A DNA stretch of 64,000 bases, filler included, from Porpidia crustulata (Eukaryota), in assembly GCA_964255105.1 (NCBI GenBank). It is 3 parts of 3 records of this genome, joined end to end, with 100 filler letters (N's around TTAATTAATTAA, not from the genome) between each part and the next. Parts side by side here need not be neighbours in the genome. Positions count along the whole stretch, not along the records: positions 1 to 22,312 come from CAXUWE010000089.1; positions 22,413 to 44,716 come from CAXUWE010000090.1; 1 more part is not named here. One strand, 5' to 3'. Shown piece by piece: positions 13,559 to 27,586 of this stretch. A program made the position numbers and the translations under genes. Position 1 is the stretch's first letter; the number at the start of each line of letters is the position of its first letter. The notes below the pieces were generated by a model that was not told the DNA's origin, did no database searches, and saw only the letters and a list, made by a program, of their open reading frames with translations.

Positions 13559-16500
13559 ATGTCATCCCGAGCTCCTCGTCGGCGCGCCTCCACGTCGGTG
13601 GCCTCTCAAGAAAGCATTGCTGAACTCCAAGGCCTCCTCGATAATTTATCCCAGCAGACAAAGGGCGCCGATAATGATGAGAGTGTACAGGAAAAATTGC
13701 AAGCTGGACATCGCGTCAGACAAGCATTGTTGGAAATCTCGAGTGTCAACCATGCCAAAGATACTTTTCGCCGCCTTAACGGCTTCGATATATTGATATC
13801 TACTCTTGGTGAAGTCTCAAAAACTCATGAAATCTACAACAATGACAACCCAGATGTCCCAGCATCGCTTGATCTTGTGCAAATAGTATTCGGGATTCTG
13901 TGTGCGGCTTTCCAAGATCACAAGGGGAATCAAAGATACTTTCGCTATCGAACCATTGGTGGAGGCTGGGAGGCTCTCAAAGAAGCATGCCTTACAATAA
14001 TACAATCGGGCGACCCGAAAAGGCTCAACAGTTCAGCAGTGATTGCTGAAAGGCTGTTAGGCTCTCTGTTAGCTTGCGCTTTCAACGACGAGACACTAGT
14101 GGAGTTCTTCGGCAAGTTGAAGAGGCGCTTAAATGAGGAACTTAACGACACTCGAGATAATGACCAGGCTTTGGCGACTCGCACATTTTTGGAGAAAGAC
14201 CTTGGCCCCCTAGCCCTGTTGCAGACCCCCGAAGCTTTGTCAACCATGTTCGAGCTTTGGGAGACGTTGAAAGATCTTCCTGAGGCAGGGTGTAATCTGG
14301 AAAACTCCATCCTCTCAAGTGTTCCTATTGTTGTCGATCATGTCGCCGGACTGTCGGCACATAATCTAATTGCCCTTCATGGCACGGGGCTTTTGAGCTC
14401 TGTACTCAGCTCCATACTTACTACTACTCACAGCGCGTCCTGTAATTCTGAGCTTCGCAGTCTCGCAGTCCATCTGCTAAGTCTAGGAATTACCAATCTG
14501 TCTGACGCCCACTGCTTGTATCGTAACGCAATCTCTTCACCTATAATCGCAGACCTTGTTTTACTGGCTTTGCAAACTTCTCATTCAGCTTCGTATGTCC
14601 ATTTTGACCTCTCACTACACGGTTATGCTTCAATTGAGCTACCAAACATAGGGCGAGCATTTCCCCCAGTCTCGTCAAGCGCTGGCTATACATTATCAAT
14701 GTGGTTGTACGTTGTCAAATTCGATACCAACTCACATACCACTTTATTTGGCGCATTTGACTCAAGCCAAACCTGTTTCGTGCTTGTTTACTTTGAGAAG
14801 GATACGCGGAACCTAATTCTGCAAACCTCGGTGACATCTTCCCGACCTAGTGTTCGGTTCAAATCGACAGCTTTCGTTGAGAAGCATTGGTATCATATGT
14901 CTATTGTGCATCGACGTCCTAAGCCCACTTCTTCTTCCCGCGCTTCACTTTTCGTAAACGGCGATTTTGTTGAACAAGTCAAATCACACTACCCAATGCT
15001 TCCTCCAACGAACGGTACTACTACTGAGGCTACGGGCTCTCCGTTACCAGATCGACCGAGTAATCCGATTCAAGGATTTCTGGGTACGCCACAAGACCTT
15101 GCATCGCGCCTCGGTAAAGGTGTTGTCTTCACGCAATGGCGTCTAGCATCAGCTCATCTTTTCGGAGATGCGCTCAGCGATGATCTAATTGCGGTGCACC
15201 ACCAACTAGGACCTGGATATACCGGCAATTACCAGGACTCCCTTGGATCTTTCCAGACATATAAAGCATCCGCTGCCCTTAATCTCCGGAATGAAAGCTT
15301 GCATCCTGGAAAAGAAGAGAAGTCTGATATCCTCACCGCAATACAACAGAAAGCCAGTCATCTTCTTCCAGAGTCAAAAGTCTTACTCAATATTTCTGCG
15401 ACGGTAATATTGGATGGTGACGAAAATGGCACGAATGACGAGGCGCAACTTGTCAAATGCATGTCAAAACCTGCAAGTAGAACGCTACGGACTGTGACGC
15501 GTGGAGGCCGCAATGCCCTTGCAATCAACGGAGCTGTGCCCTCCATCAACGAAGCTTTGCTCCATAGCTTTGGGTTTGCTACAATCACAGGCGATCCGGC
15601 TATCGCGGTACCCCAAGGATTAGATGACGCCGCATGGCGCATTGGTGGGTGCGCAGCGGTAGGCTTGGCCCTTCTTGAGGAAGCGTATAGCCATGAAGCG
15701 ATTATTCGGGCCTTGAAAATACTCTTTCAAAGCGTGCGTGATAGTTGGCGTAATAGTGAGGCGATGGAAAGAGAAAATGGATTTGGTGTATTATCGACCC
15801 TGCTCTCAAGTAAATTGACCTTAGGTCCTACGAAGATACCAAGCGCCGGCGAGCCCGTCGACAAGTCAAAGGCCAATGAAGTGGACGAGGATAAACTCCC
15901 TTTAGAGATTCTAAAACTTGTACTGTGGTTTGTGGGGTTTCGAGAGGATAAACCAGAGGATTCTGTGATCAACAATCCATTGGCGTATCGTGTTTTACTT
16001 GTGGACTCCGATATATGGCGCAGTACTGGACCTTCGGTTCAGTTTTTGTACTACAAACAATTCACTATCTTCGGAGTCAGTAGTAAATACCACCGCTTCA
16101 ATGCAAAGCGCTTATCTCGAATGCGTTGGTAACCTATTGCTGAATAACGATTCTTATTACTGATAACGGTTTAGGTATCATAAAGAAATGGCTAGATGCA
16201 CTCAAGGGAGACAGCTTTACCCCCGACACTCTTCAATATTTTATAGAAGCTTTCAAATCCATCCTCACCTCACATCCATCAGCCGAATCTTTGCGTGCCT
16301 TGGCTCTGTACATAACATATGCGATTCATGAACCGAAACCGAAGCCATCAATGCCGCTGCGTACATCAAAAAGCCTGAAATCCAAATCTAACACCTCACC
16401 GTCACAGTCGCCATTGACAAAAGCAGCAAGTCCTTCTACCAAAGGAAGCAAGACATCTCTAGATCTCACTCAACTACAAATCGCGCTCAAGATTTTAGAA

Positions 16501-19500
16501 ATGTATGTTGATATGCTCTGCGAGAGAAGTGACACTACAAATATCAAGAAATTTGCCAGGACAGTAACCAATAAGGTCAGTTGCAGCCCTGCTTTCAAGA
16601 ATTGTAATTGACTTACCTTAGTGGTTGCTTCATCTACTTGCGGATCAAGAAGCTGCAGTAGTCGTTTTAGCAACTAAGATTCTGTGCCGTTTACTTATAA
16701 TCAATGGTCCAAGTTATGTAAAGAAATTCGGTGAGAAGACAGGTGGTTTTGTCATCATGAGATATCGAATGAGACGTTGGTGGAGTATCCCAACCGTTTG
16801 GGTGATGTCTCTTGCTGTTTTGTTTGGTAGGGACATTGCAACCATCGAACTTGACAAGAAATTTGATTTATTTGGTCTCTTGGATACCTTCTCGGGTGGT
16901 GGGGACATCATGGTCATATACCCCGAAGTGCTGCCAGTTATCACTGTAATGCTGCAAACCGGTATCAGGGCAGTAACCAAAGATCAAGAAGATTCTGACT
17001 CACCACTTGCCAATAACTACAAAGACACTCTAGCACCTGGACTAGCATCTCGTATACCTACTGATCTTCGTCGTCGATCCATGTCGCTAAGGACGGAAGA
17101 TGTACCGTCAGGTAAGCCATCAGCTCAACTACTCATTCGGAATCTTACTTGTACACAGACGAGGATAGACTTCGCAAGCAACGACTCGCTGATTCGATAG
17201 CAACACTCCACACTGTAATTCGTTTCCTGGCTGATATGCACCATAAATCCCAAGTGTTCCGTGACTTCACTATCTCTTCGAACTATGTTCAAGAACTATT
17301 CTTAGTGATCTTTCCCGTCATTGTCAGTTCTGATATTGTTAATCCAGAAACGGAATTGCAGTCTCGTGACTCGTCGTTGACCTTCAATGGCAACGATGTG
17401 ATTATTAGGCCTTTCTCCAGAACCTCCACAAATGGATCTCCGATTGTCAAAACGTCATCAGTCGAAGAAGTACAGGTTGGGAAATCGTCCAGAGTACTGT
17501 CACCCAGACGCATGTCTTCTTACATCCTTGTGACATCAAACATGTTTACAGGGGCACCTTCGAACTCTAAGCACCAGTCAACGGTAATATCCAACAGGAA
17601 TGCGGTAGCGGCAACTAGAAGCAGTGGTTCAATCGTCGAAGAGCTGCTTGAGATCATCATTGCAGTCTTTTCAGATCAAATCTTTTCAAGGAAAGATTTC
17701 CCTGGACTGGGATTATTTATAAAGGTTCCGCCTGGCTTCCAGGAACATCAAGCTTATTTCGAATCTTTCATCCTTAGCAACACTTTGTCACATCTTGGTA
17801 ATACTATAAAACTGAACCAGAAACATCTTTGGGAGCCTCGTGTCTTAACAAATCTAGCTCGCCTTGCTACACATATTGGCGAGGCTATTTATGAAGGCTG
17901 GTATATTGATGGGACTGGAAGCTTACTAGATTTTCTTGGTAGTGTATTGGAATATCTTCAACGTCCAGATATTTCGAACATGAAGAGCACGAGATTATGC
18001 AGTCAGCTGATATCTACAATGAAAGAGGTGCTGCTACGTGTTGTATTACTAAAACTATCAGAGCTAGACGATTCGATGCCTCTACATCAGACTGTTTCCT
18101 TTCTCGAAAAGCTAATCTACTGGCAAACGGTACTTCTCACGATAGATGACACTAATGAAGATTTCTTAACGTCTCTATGCTACTTACTTTATGGCAAGCT
18201 GGTGAGTAGAGGGGAACTTGTAAGGATGACCGCAGCGAATTTTTGGCGAATGCTACTTGTGCAACAGCCGGAAGGGATCAAAAACATTCTCCAACACGCG
18301 TCGGCCACAACTAGCAGTAATGTTATTAATGGATTTGAGAAGATCATGGAACTTGATAACGAAAGCTTCCTAAGTTGGACAGACGATCATCGTGAGAGCC
18401 TTGATAGTATATTTCTCGGTAGCCTCTCGAAGAAGTGGGAGGACTTCGTTACGGTAGAGAACCAGAAGACAGAGGCGACGGCTAGAATAAGGATCAACAA
18501 AAGAAGGGAGCGGCTTAAACTTTGGCACATAGAGGAACTTACTAATGATGACATTTTACGGCGCCATGATATTAGCTCGGATCATTGGCGTTCGAACATC
18601 TTCGCTTCTGAGAATCTTAAGCGCCATCGTGCTGTCCAAGATTACCAAGATAACCAGACCTTTAACAATTCGACTTGGGCTAGAATGAACCGAGAGCTTC
18701 GCCGGCCATGTGGCCTCTTTGATGATTCAAAGACTCGAAAATGGCAACTAGATCAGACGGAAGGGCGCAATAGGATGAGAATGCGTCTCATTGTTGATGA
18801 AGATGCTCATTCGCATGACTATCAACCCAAGCGAAGGCAGTCTCAAGGTCCCGTACGACATCGGCGAAGCACCGGTATCCGGAAGATGTCATCAATGAGA
18901 GATGCGCCAGCTAGTCCGCGTCCGCCTAGTAGCTCTAGTGAAATGCAAGACCCCAACAATCCTTCTCTAGCGAGATCTGCTACATCTCCAGAACTTTCCG
19001 AAGAAGACTCGGATCAGGATGACGATTTTGAGATCATAGAGGATCCTCGAGATGAATCCCAAGACTATGAAGACAAGAACCGTAAAGTCATGCGCAGCAT
19101 ACACCGTGGAGATCAGGTTGAACATGTCAACAACATCTCACGGATAGTGGGACTGGAGGCGTGTGAGGGCTTGCTGATCCTCGGCAAAGGCTACCTCTAC
19201 CTCATGGACCATCTCTTTCAGCGATCAGATGGTGAGATCGTGAACGTTTGGCAAGCACCACAGGAAGAGCGTGATCCTTATCTGCAGATGATATCTGGGC
19301 GGGAAGCAGGCGAGCATGGGAATGTAGCCGCAAGAACCGATCGTGCGACGCGAAGCTGGCGTTGGGACGACGTCTTAAGCATTTCCAAACGCCGGTTTTT
19401 ATTCCGCGATGTAGCTGTGGAAGTCTTCTTTGTCGACGGACGCAGCTATCTGCTGACAAGCAACAATCCTCAGCTGCGGAACGATTTATGTCAGAAGCTC

Positions 19501-21820
19501 CTTGTAAAGGCACCTAATGTTGCCGACCGCACAGCGTCAATTGGTCGAGAAGAGACATGGAGGATGGACTCTGTACGAAATCCCGAAGACCAGTCGCAGA
19601 CATTTGGCTCCCGACTCACCAATGTCTTTGCTCAGAATATTTCTAACCCAGCAACTCGAAAATGGTTGAAAGGCGAGATGTCGAATTTCAATTACCTTAT
19701 GCTTGTCAATACAATGGCGGGGCGTACCTTTAACGACTTGACTCAGTATCCCGTCTTCCCCTGGGTTCTTGCCGACTACACAAGCGAAGAGTTGGATCTC
19801 TCGGACCCTCGGAGTTTCCGAGATCTGACCAAGCCGATGGGATGCCAGAACTTCGAAAGACAAGCCGAGTTCAGAGATCGTTACCAGTCCTTTGCTGAAA
19901 TGGGTGATCAGAATTCGCCACCTTTCCATTATGGGACGCATTACTCGTCTGCGATGATTGTGACATCATATCTCATCCGACTGCAGCCCTTTGTGCAGTC
20001 CTATCTGCTTCTTCAGGGCGGTAGTTTTGATCACCCAGATCGATTATTTTATTCAATTGAAAAAGCCTGGTCATCTGCCTCACGTGAGAACATGACAGAC
20101 GTCAGAGAGCTGATACCCGAGTTTTACTATCTCCCAGAGTTCTTGCTGAACTCCAATGGATACGATTTTGGATCACGTCAAGGCAATGGTGGTTCAATTG
20201 ATACAGTGATACTGCCGCCGTGGGCGAAAGGAGATCCGAGGATTTTCATTGCCAAGAACCGAGAGGCACTTGAGAGTGAGCACGTCAGTAAAAGCTTGCA
20301 TCAATGGATTGATCTGGTGTTTGGACACAAACAGCGTGGAGATGTAGCCTTGGAAGCCACGAATGTATTTCATCATTTGTCCTACCATGGCGCGAAGAAT
20401 CTAGATACCATTGACGATCCTGTGGAAAGGCTAGCAACGATAGGTATTATTCACAACTTTGGCCAAACGCCGCATCAGGTATTTCAACGGCCTCACCCGC
20501 AGCGTGAAGAAGCGAAGCACAAGGCGAAGAGACTAGATACTGCCGCCGAGAGCTTGACTCGTCTGCCGTCCCTTTTGATGGGTTAGCCGTGGATCAAATA
20601 TTCTTCCATATCAGTATTGTACTGACTTCTTCACAGAACACCGTGATCGCATATCCGCATTATCGTACTCATGGAAGCACGATCGTGTGCTGTCTTCAGG
20701 CCCGTTTCGCCTCAATATCGGCCCAGCCTTTGACAAATACGTGGAATGGGGGTTCGTAGACGGCAGCGTTCGATTCTATTCCACTGAATCCAAAAAGGTG
20801 AACTACCACATCGAGGGTGAGGCAAAGTGAGACTAAATCGCCGCAGCTCCTTGGTCTTTTCGAACACGTACATCAAGGCCAAATCTCCACCGCGCTCTTC
20901 GTCGACTCCAAAACCCTCGTCACTGCAGGTGCAGACTGTACCGTCTCGGTCTGGACTGTAGTCTCCACCCAAAAATCCATCGACCTGCAGCCCAAAGTCT
21001 GTCTCTTTGGGCACAGGAGCTCGGTCAATACCCTCGCCGTCTCGAGATCCTTCAGCGCATTACTATCCGCCTCCGCGGACGGCCAAGTGCTGCTATGGGA
21101 TCTCAATCGCTTAGAACTCGTGCGGGTCCTGACGACCGGGAAGCCCGTCGAAGTATGTCACGACTGCTCTGCTTGGCGTAACACCAAAGGACACGTGCTG
21201 ACCCATCCCAGTGCGCCCGCATCAACGACGTCACCGGCACCATCATGCTCTGCCGCGCTTCGAACCTCTCCCTCTACACCCTCAACGGCGACCTCATCCT
21301 CGACCAAAACATCTGCGTCGAGGGCGAAGACCTCATCGCTTCCTGCGCCTTCTACGAAGGCACCGGCAACGAGTATCTCGAGCGCGACCTCATTTTCACC
21401 GGCCACAGGAGGGGCGTCGTCAATGTAAGCTATATCCCACCCCCTCCCTCGTCAATTGCCTTTTCCATTCCATTCATTACACGTACAGCGCGAATCAACT
21501 AACTCACCTGGAAACCCCGAACTAGATCTGGAACAAAACCATCTCCGCCGGCAAATTCATCCTCGAGCACGTCAAGCGCCTCAACCATCTCGACCAAGCG
21601 GGCTTCAACGTCGCCGGCGCGATGACGGCCGTGCTGCCGATGGCGCAAGTGGTGTATACCGGGGATGAGGACGGTCGCGTTGTAAGTGCCAACTCCATCC
21701 TCGTATTTTTTTTCTTTTCCTTTCTTTTCTTTTCTATATTCTCGCAATCCAGCGCGGAGAAAACAGACGAGAGCTAACATTTATAAAAAGTACGAATGGG
21801 ATTGTATCCAGCGGCAATGA
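13559..21820 (+). CDS. BPH1: BEACH-domain protein (ConA-like, PH, BEACH, WD40), multi-exon
   Basis: SNFNYLMLVNTMAGRTFNDLTQYPVFPW, HYGTHYS, DVRELIPEFY, WIDLVFG, FGQTPHQ; C-terminal WD40 repeats; canonical introns; last exon YEWDCIQRQ* ends at 21820. Confidence 0.95.
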
Positions 21821-22312
21821 TTGGAAGCGTGGTTTATCGTAAGGTGTCTTTTTTTCTTCTTCTTTCTTTTTGGCGTTTTTCGAAAGGTCTGTAGCGCCAA
21901 AGGTCCGTAGCGAGTGGGAAGGGGGAAGGAAGCATGGATGATGATGAAGAGGAGGTGGAGGAGAAAGAAGCATCGATGGTGACGAAAAGTACCAGCAAAT
22001 TCATAGGAGCATGCATGGATTCTACACGACTACACCGCGAAAATGACATCGATTTAAGCTTGCACTCCCCTCGTCCCTATGAATTTTCCAAATCTCCACA
22101 ACATTCTTCCCCATCCCCACGAGCTCCTTCCTCTCCCGAGGCTAGATCGCCGCCAGATCGCCCCCTATATTGATACTAACACTTCATCCCTGCAAGTGAA
22201 TCGATATAGAGAGGCTGGATGCCGAAGTAGCCGTGGTGTTTTGATGCGTGATTCTTGTTGGTTGGTGAATCGAATGGGGTGCAAATTTTGGGGGGTGTGG
22301 GCGAGAGAGGCT

Positions 22313-22412
22313 NNNNNNNNNNNNNNNNNNNNNNNNNNNNNNNNNNNNNNNNNNNNTTAATTAATTAANNNNNNNNNNNNNNNNNNNNNNNNNNNNNNNN
22401 NNNNNNNNNNNN
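22313..22412. other. Artificial contig-joining linker
   Basis: 44 N + TTAATTAATTAA (stop codons in all six frames) + 44 N. Confidence 0.98.
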
Positions 22413-22989
22413 TCCCCGGAAGGGGCAAGGAAAAGGGGTACGAAGGGAGGCAGCGAGGTAAGATCATTGATTTAAGAGCAAATGATGTGTATAGCTTCAA
22501 TCTATAATATTGAGCATGCTATAGTCAATTAAGCCAGCAGGTGGTGGTTGCAGTACCAAAAGCAGTGTTTTTGGTCGTTTGGGACTCCCGCCATTTTTTT
22601 TCCCTTTTTTTTTGTTTTCGGACCCATCGATTTGCACACGACGATACTCGCATTCATTCTTTAACGAAACACACTCCTTGAAGAAACCGCAGGTCTAGGG
22701 TTATTGTTATTTTCATATGTTTAGGTCTAGTTGTTCCGTTGAGGGACGTTTTCCGTTAAGGGGTGAATGCGAGTACCCGCCTTCTAGCGCCAACCCATAA
22801 GTGTGCGTCACCTGTCCAGGTCGGGAATAAGAGGTAAATTGCGAGACATTGCTTGACGACGACGACACAGATCTAGGTGGTCCAGACTATCAGACATGCA
22901 TCTTGAATGTCGGTGACATCCGAAGAAAGAACGCGATATGAATTCCAGAGGAATCTATTAACCCAACAGGTTGTAAAATAAATATCGAT

Positions 22990-24178
22990 CTAATCGGCTT
23001 TACCGCTCACCACTATGTACAATAACTGATCATCTACAGAAGCGTTAACGTTAACAAAGACTGCGTTCAACATTATTCAGACTTACTGTGACGAATTACA
23101 CCTCTTCCTTCATTACCTTTGCGGATACACGTACCTATAATTGCGACCGACAAAGCCCATAGATCGTACCAGGTTGTCAAGATTGACGTTGACAGATAGC
23201 CTAAGTATATCCTCATATAACAGCGGCCGCGTCCCTCGGTTCCAAATGGTGCTGTGGATCAAGCGTCAGCCATCTGCTGTGACCATAATGCAAGACCCAA
23301 CTCACGTCCTTCGAAGCTCTGGGGAAGCATTACGTCCGCGCTCGGATGCGCTTCTCCGTGAAAGATTTGTGGCAATCGTGAGACAGGCATTGAATCCAGA
23401 ATGACTTGACAGTTGGCAAGAGTTGTAATCACGCTGGTCCAACCGAAACAGTAAGGTTCGTTGTTGTATTCTCGGACAGTAACCGAAAGATGTCCTTCGA
23501 GTCCTATCTAGGATTAGACTCTCATTCTGTAAGAGCTATCTGGTCACGCCAGAAGGCTTGCCGAAATGAATGAGCATCGCGCGATACAATGCTTTCCGTC
23601 AGGAGATATTACTTTTCCAAATACATCAACTAGACTAACCTATGCCCATGAAAATTCCGCCTTTCCCCTCATTCTTAACACATCTATCAATGATACTCCA
23701 AGCTGTGGATGCGATTCTGTTCTGATTTGCGTAATCTGATGTCGCTTGAGAGTCAATGTCTATTTCGATAACGCAAGTACCGTCCACTATCATTTATAAG
23801 TTCCATGGCTGCAACGTCTTTCATCGGAAGTGGATACTCACAGCTGATATACCTGCGAGGAAGTTTGTAATCGAACGATCCAAGCCCGCGCTGCCCATAG
23901 ATGTGTTTCGTAGCGTCTGGAAAAATGGTATCACACGCGTCGCGACAACTAGTCAGGTTTAGATTATTGCCATATTGAGTTCCATTACATATTGGGGACG
24001 ATTCTACAGCAGGATTTAGACGCAGAATAGAGGAATTTAGCGAAAATTCGGAAACATTCATAGACAGAGATATATCCTCTGCTCGAAGAGCGGCTAAGGG
24101 CACAGACCGCAACATATCGACAGATGATATTATTAAAATGATGAAAAACAACAGGGTCTTCCATGAACTTGGAGCCAT
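22990..24178 (-). CDS. Secreted protein with two tandem 4-Cys domains, 5 exons, unknown function
   Basis: Signal peptide MAPSSWKTLLFFIILIISS; four GT..AG introns give a continuous frame. Domain 1: ICNG...SCRDA...LPRRY...GTCVIEI...IIDRCVK...GG. Domain 2: PYCFG...NCQVIL...LPQSF...GRCYMRI...IIGTCIRKG. Confidence 0.78.
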
Positions 24179-24632
24179 TGTATCGAGATTCAAGTCGCAT
24201 GAAATCAGTGTTGGGAGGACCATTGAAAGTAATAGCACATTATTACATGCGACAACCTCAGCAAATTGAAGCCGCTGATAGCCTTGACGTCAAGAACTTG
24301 AGACGCTTCCCGAGTGGTTTGTAGTAACGGCAGCAATTTTCATCCCGGGACAGTAAATCAAATAATAAGCTCGGCTTAACAGACTCAGAGAAGAAAAGCG
24401 CGCCTATCAATTGCCCTCTCGATTGTCCAGACAAACCATTTAAAGACTCCGGTGTTATGGAACAAGTATTAACATATGATGTAGTCTAAAGACTCGCAAC
24501 CCTGAGATCGATAATATTCTAAGAAAAAAAATGACCTTTTCATATTCAATTTTTAACAGATGAGAAGGATAGAAGAGTAATAATGGAACGAAGTAAAAGT
24601 AAGACTCAGGACATGGGGATGTCGCTGCTGAA

Positions 24633-24665
24633 CTGATCTGATAAGATAAGATCTCATCAGATCAG
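24633..24665. promoter_or_regulatory. GATA-rich palindrome containing ATCTGATAA (SreA-type motif)
   Basis: CTGATCTGAT-AAGATAAGATCTC-ATCAGATCAG: perfect 10-bp arms with tandem GATAAG, about 460 bp upstream of the gene starting at 24178. Confidence 0.35.
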
Positions 24666-25335
24666 ATGTAAGTTATTTTGAGTTATGTTCCAGATATGGA
24701 ATAGATGACATTGATATTGATATTACTGTTAGAATGTTATCTAGAGCGCGAAAAGGAAAAGAGTCTGAAAATTCTGCTAGCACGCTCAGCCCTATATGGC
24801 GGAAATTGCCAACCAAATCCCCCCTGAATTCCATGAGCCATGCTCAGAGTCGCTCAGACATTCTCCCAAATTTCTTCCCCATCGTCGTCAGATATGATCA
24901 TACTACTACCCAGGACACGCAAACTTCTAAGCTATCGCAAAATGAGTTTAACCAAACCATCGAAATCCGCTCATGAAGTCTGAAGACAAGAGATTCCGTG
25001 TCCACGCTCTTCTTCCACTCATCCTGATACTAGTCCCCTCCTCTAGCTAGAAATTTGGACTTTTTAGTAATCTAGAAGAGAGACTTGTCCGAGGGTTTGG
25101 GACGGGAGAGAGCACTGAAGTACACCGAAATGTATCCGGCCCGATATGACATACACCGACACCTCTACCAGATGATGGACGAGGACCTTAAGTTGAATGA
25201 TGATACCACGTACTAAGACAATGTCTCTTATTACTCTTAGACTAGATGCTATAAAGCAGTATTCAGGAATGCAGGACGTCTGCCAATTCGTGACTTCTTA
25301 TATCCAACTCTACGTAACCCGCCCTTTCCCTCACA

Positions 25336-27586
25336 CTACAGCCTCGCCTGCCCTGTCGTCTCATACGTCCCGTGATGCCAAGTTGGCACCCGCATCTCCA
25401 ATGCCTCGCCACTGTATCCCAAGTCCTCCGCCACCAGCATCGCCGCTTTTTCGCCGATGAGCAGCGCGGTGCTGTACGTGTTGCATCCTACGTTGTCAGG
25501 GCAGATGGAGAGGTCGGCACACTTGAGACCTTTGACGCCATGAACGTTGAGACGATCGTCGAGGACGCCGTGTTTGACGATGGAGTTGCCGGAGCGAGGG
25601 GCCATTGAGCAGGTTCCGAGGCCTATTTGAAGGGAGGGGGATAATTAGTGATATTGTGAATGGGATCAAGGAGAGAGGGGAGTATACTGTGCCAAGTGGT
25701 CTCGACGTGGCGCTTGACCCATTCTTCCATCTGGGCAATGTCTTCCTTGGAGTATTTGAGATCTTCCCGAACGTTTTCAGTTTGGCTACTAGTGACGAAG
25801 CTAGTGGTAGGCGCTCTGCCGGGTTTCTGCGGGATGGACCAGCTACCGTGCTGAATTCCGGCGGAAAGGTGGTCAGGACCACCATATGCCTTCGTGTCCT
25901 GTAGGTTAAGGTCTTCGGCGCGAGCAGGGGAGTCAAAGCTATAGAATCTAGTAATTCCAGATTAGATCATTGTTGAGACAACTTCCTCTATATGGTAGCG
26001 AAGATAACTCACGGATGCATCCCTGTGACTTCTCCAGCGTATGCGTCCATGCGCCTGGCCGTTTCGCGAGACTTGATGTATCCCCAGAGCATTGGCGCCA
26101 TATCACGTTCATCATTCATGAATCCAGCATCAAAATCAGGCGCTTCGTACGGGTTCGCAGACATGATGTGAGTACTGCCGCGGGAAAACGGATACTCCAA
26201 GAAGTGGAACATTGAGAAGAACTTTCCTGGTGGCACAAGCATATGGTCACCAAAGAAACTTCGCCCGAAGTCAGCATGTTTAGATGATATCGGAAAGGAA
26301 TGACAGGCTTACCCGGAGATTACAGAGAAGTGCATGACTGGTTTGTCAGGTTTGTGCTTGAAGTAGCTGTCCCACCCGGGGCGGAACTCTTTCATGTACT
26401 CTTCACCCAGTTCCTGGTCAGTAGGCCGAACTTTGACCCCAGCTTCAATGCCATTGGTGGCTAGTGGCCCTGTTCCGTTGATATTCCATTGATCGAACAC
26501 CTTTTTTTGAACTTCAGGGTTGCCTCTCAGGAAGTCGTCAAAGCTTTCGGTGTCCGGCTTAGCACGATAGACCGAGAATGTCAGATAATGGTCCTGGAAG
26601 TTCAGGCCAACACCAGGTAAATCTACGATCGGCTCAACACCAGCCTTGCGAAGCTTCTCGGGGTCACCGACTCCAGATCGTTGGAGGACTAACGGAGTAC
26701 TAAGAGTCCCACAAGAAACAACAATCTGCTTGCGGGCTTCTATGATTCTTGGCTGCTGATGCTCTGGATGGAGGGGCTTCATTGGTACAACCTGAACTCC
26801 AGTTGCACGGCCATCCTTGATAATGATTTTGTCAATCTTAGTATTGCACATAAGATAGAGATTGCCATGGTTTCTACGCAAGGTGAGTTCAGTTTCTTCA
26901 TATCGGTAGCGAATATTCGATAAGCTGCTGACCTCATAGTAGAGTGGATGTAGGCATGAGCAGAGTCACTGCGGCGCCCGGTATCACGATTGATCCATTT
27001 CAGCCAATGCTCTGCACCATGGCCAGTCACAAGTTCTTGAAGATCATCTGTTGTTGGAATACCCTGAGATTCTGTGGCACGGAGAAAGTCTTGCGCGATG
27101 GGATAGGTGTAGTTGCCGAAAGAGACCTTGATTGGACCCTCGAAACCATGAATATCACGATTATTGCATGCTCGCTGGTATGTTCCATGCTTTCTCATAA
27201 GCGGAATAAGCTGCTTGGTTTTCCACCCCTCCGCTTGGAAGTCATCATAGTCTGAAGCTGAGGCGCGGGTGTACATCATCTGCCAATGATTTAAAATGAC
27301 AGGTTATTCACCGTGGTGTAGGTCAGCTTACGAAATTGATACTCGAGCCACCCCCCAGAATATTGGCACATGGTACGATAGCACGTCTTCCAGCCAGCCA
27401 TTTCGAAGGCTGAGAATGGTAGAATGAGGCCGTCTTGGAATCAAGCTTCATATTCTTCGGGTAGATGCCCGGTCTATAATGGTATTGAGTATACTGCCTC
27501 CGAGACTTGAAGCTACTACCGACCGATACACCCATGGATCGTTGAGGTTATTCTCCCCACCCTCGATTAAGAGAACGACTGATAAC
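25336..27586 (-). CDS. AOX1: Peroxisomal alcohol (methanol) oxidase, GMC family, multi-intron; first ~30 codons not found
   Basis: VLLIEGGENNLNDPWVYRPG, ILGGGSSINFMMYTR, GRRSDSAH, ETTWHSLGTCSM, CNTYSTALLIGEKAA; C-terminal PTS1 ARL. Confidence 0.88.

Noticed and set aside
22357..22368. TTAATTAATTAA palindrome as a biological site
   Set aside because: Synthetic six-frame stop spacer, repeated identically at 44761-44772.
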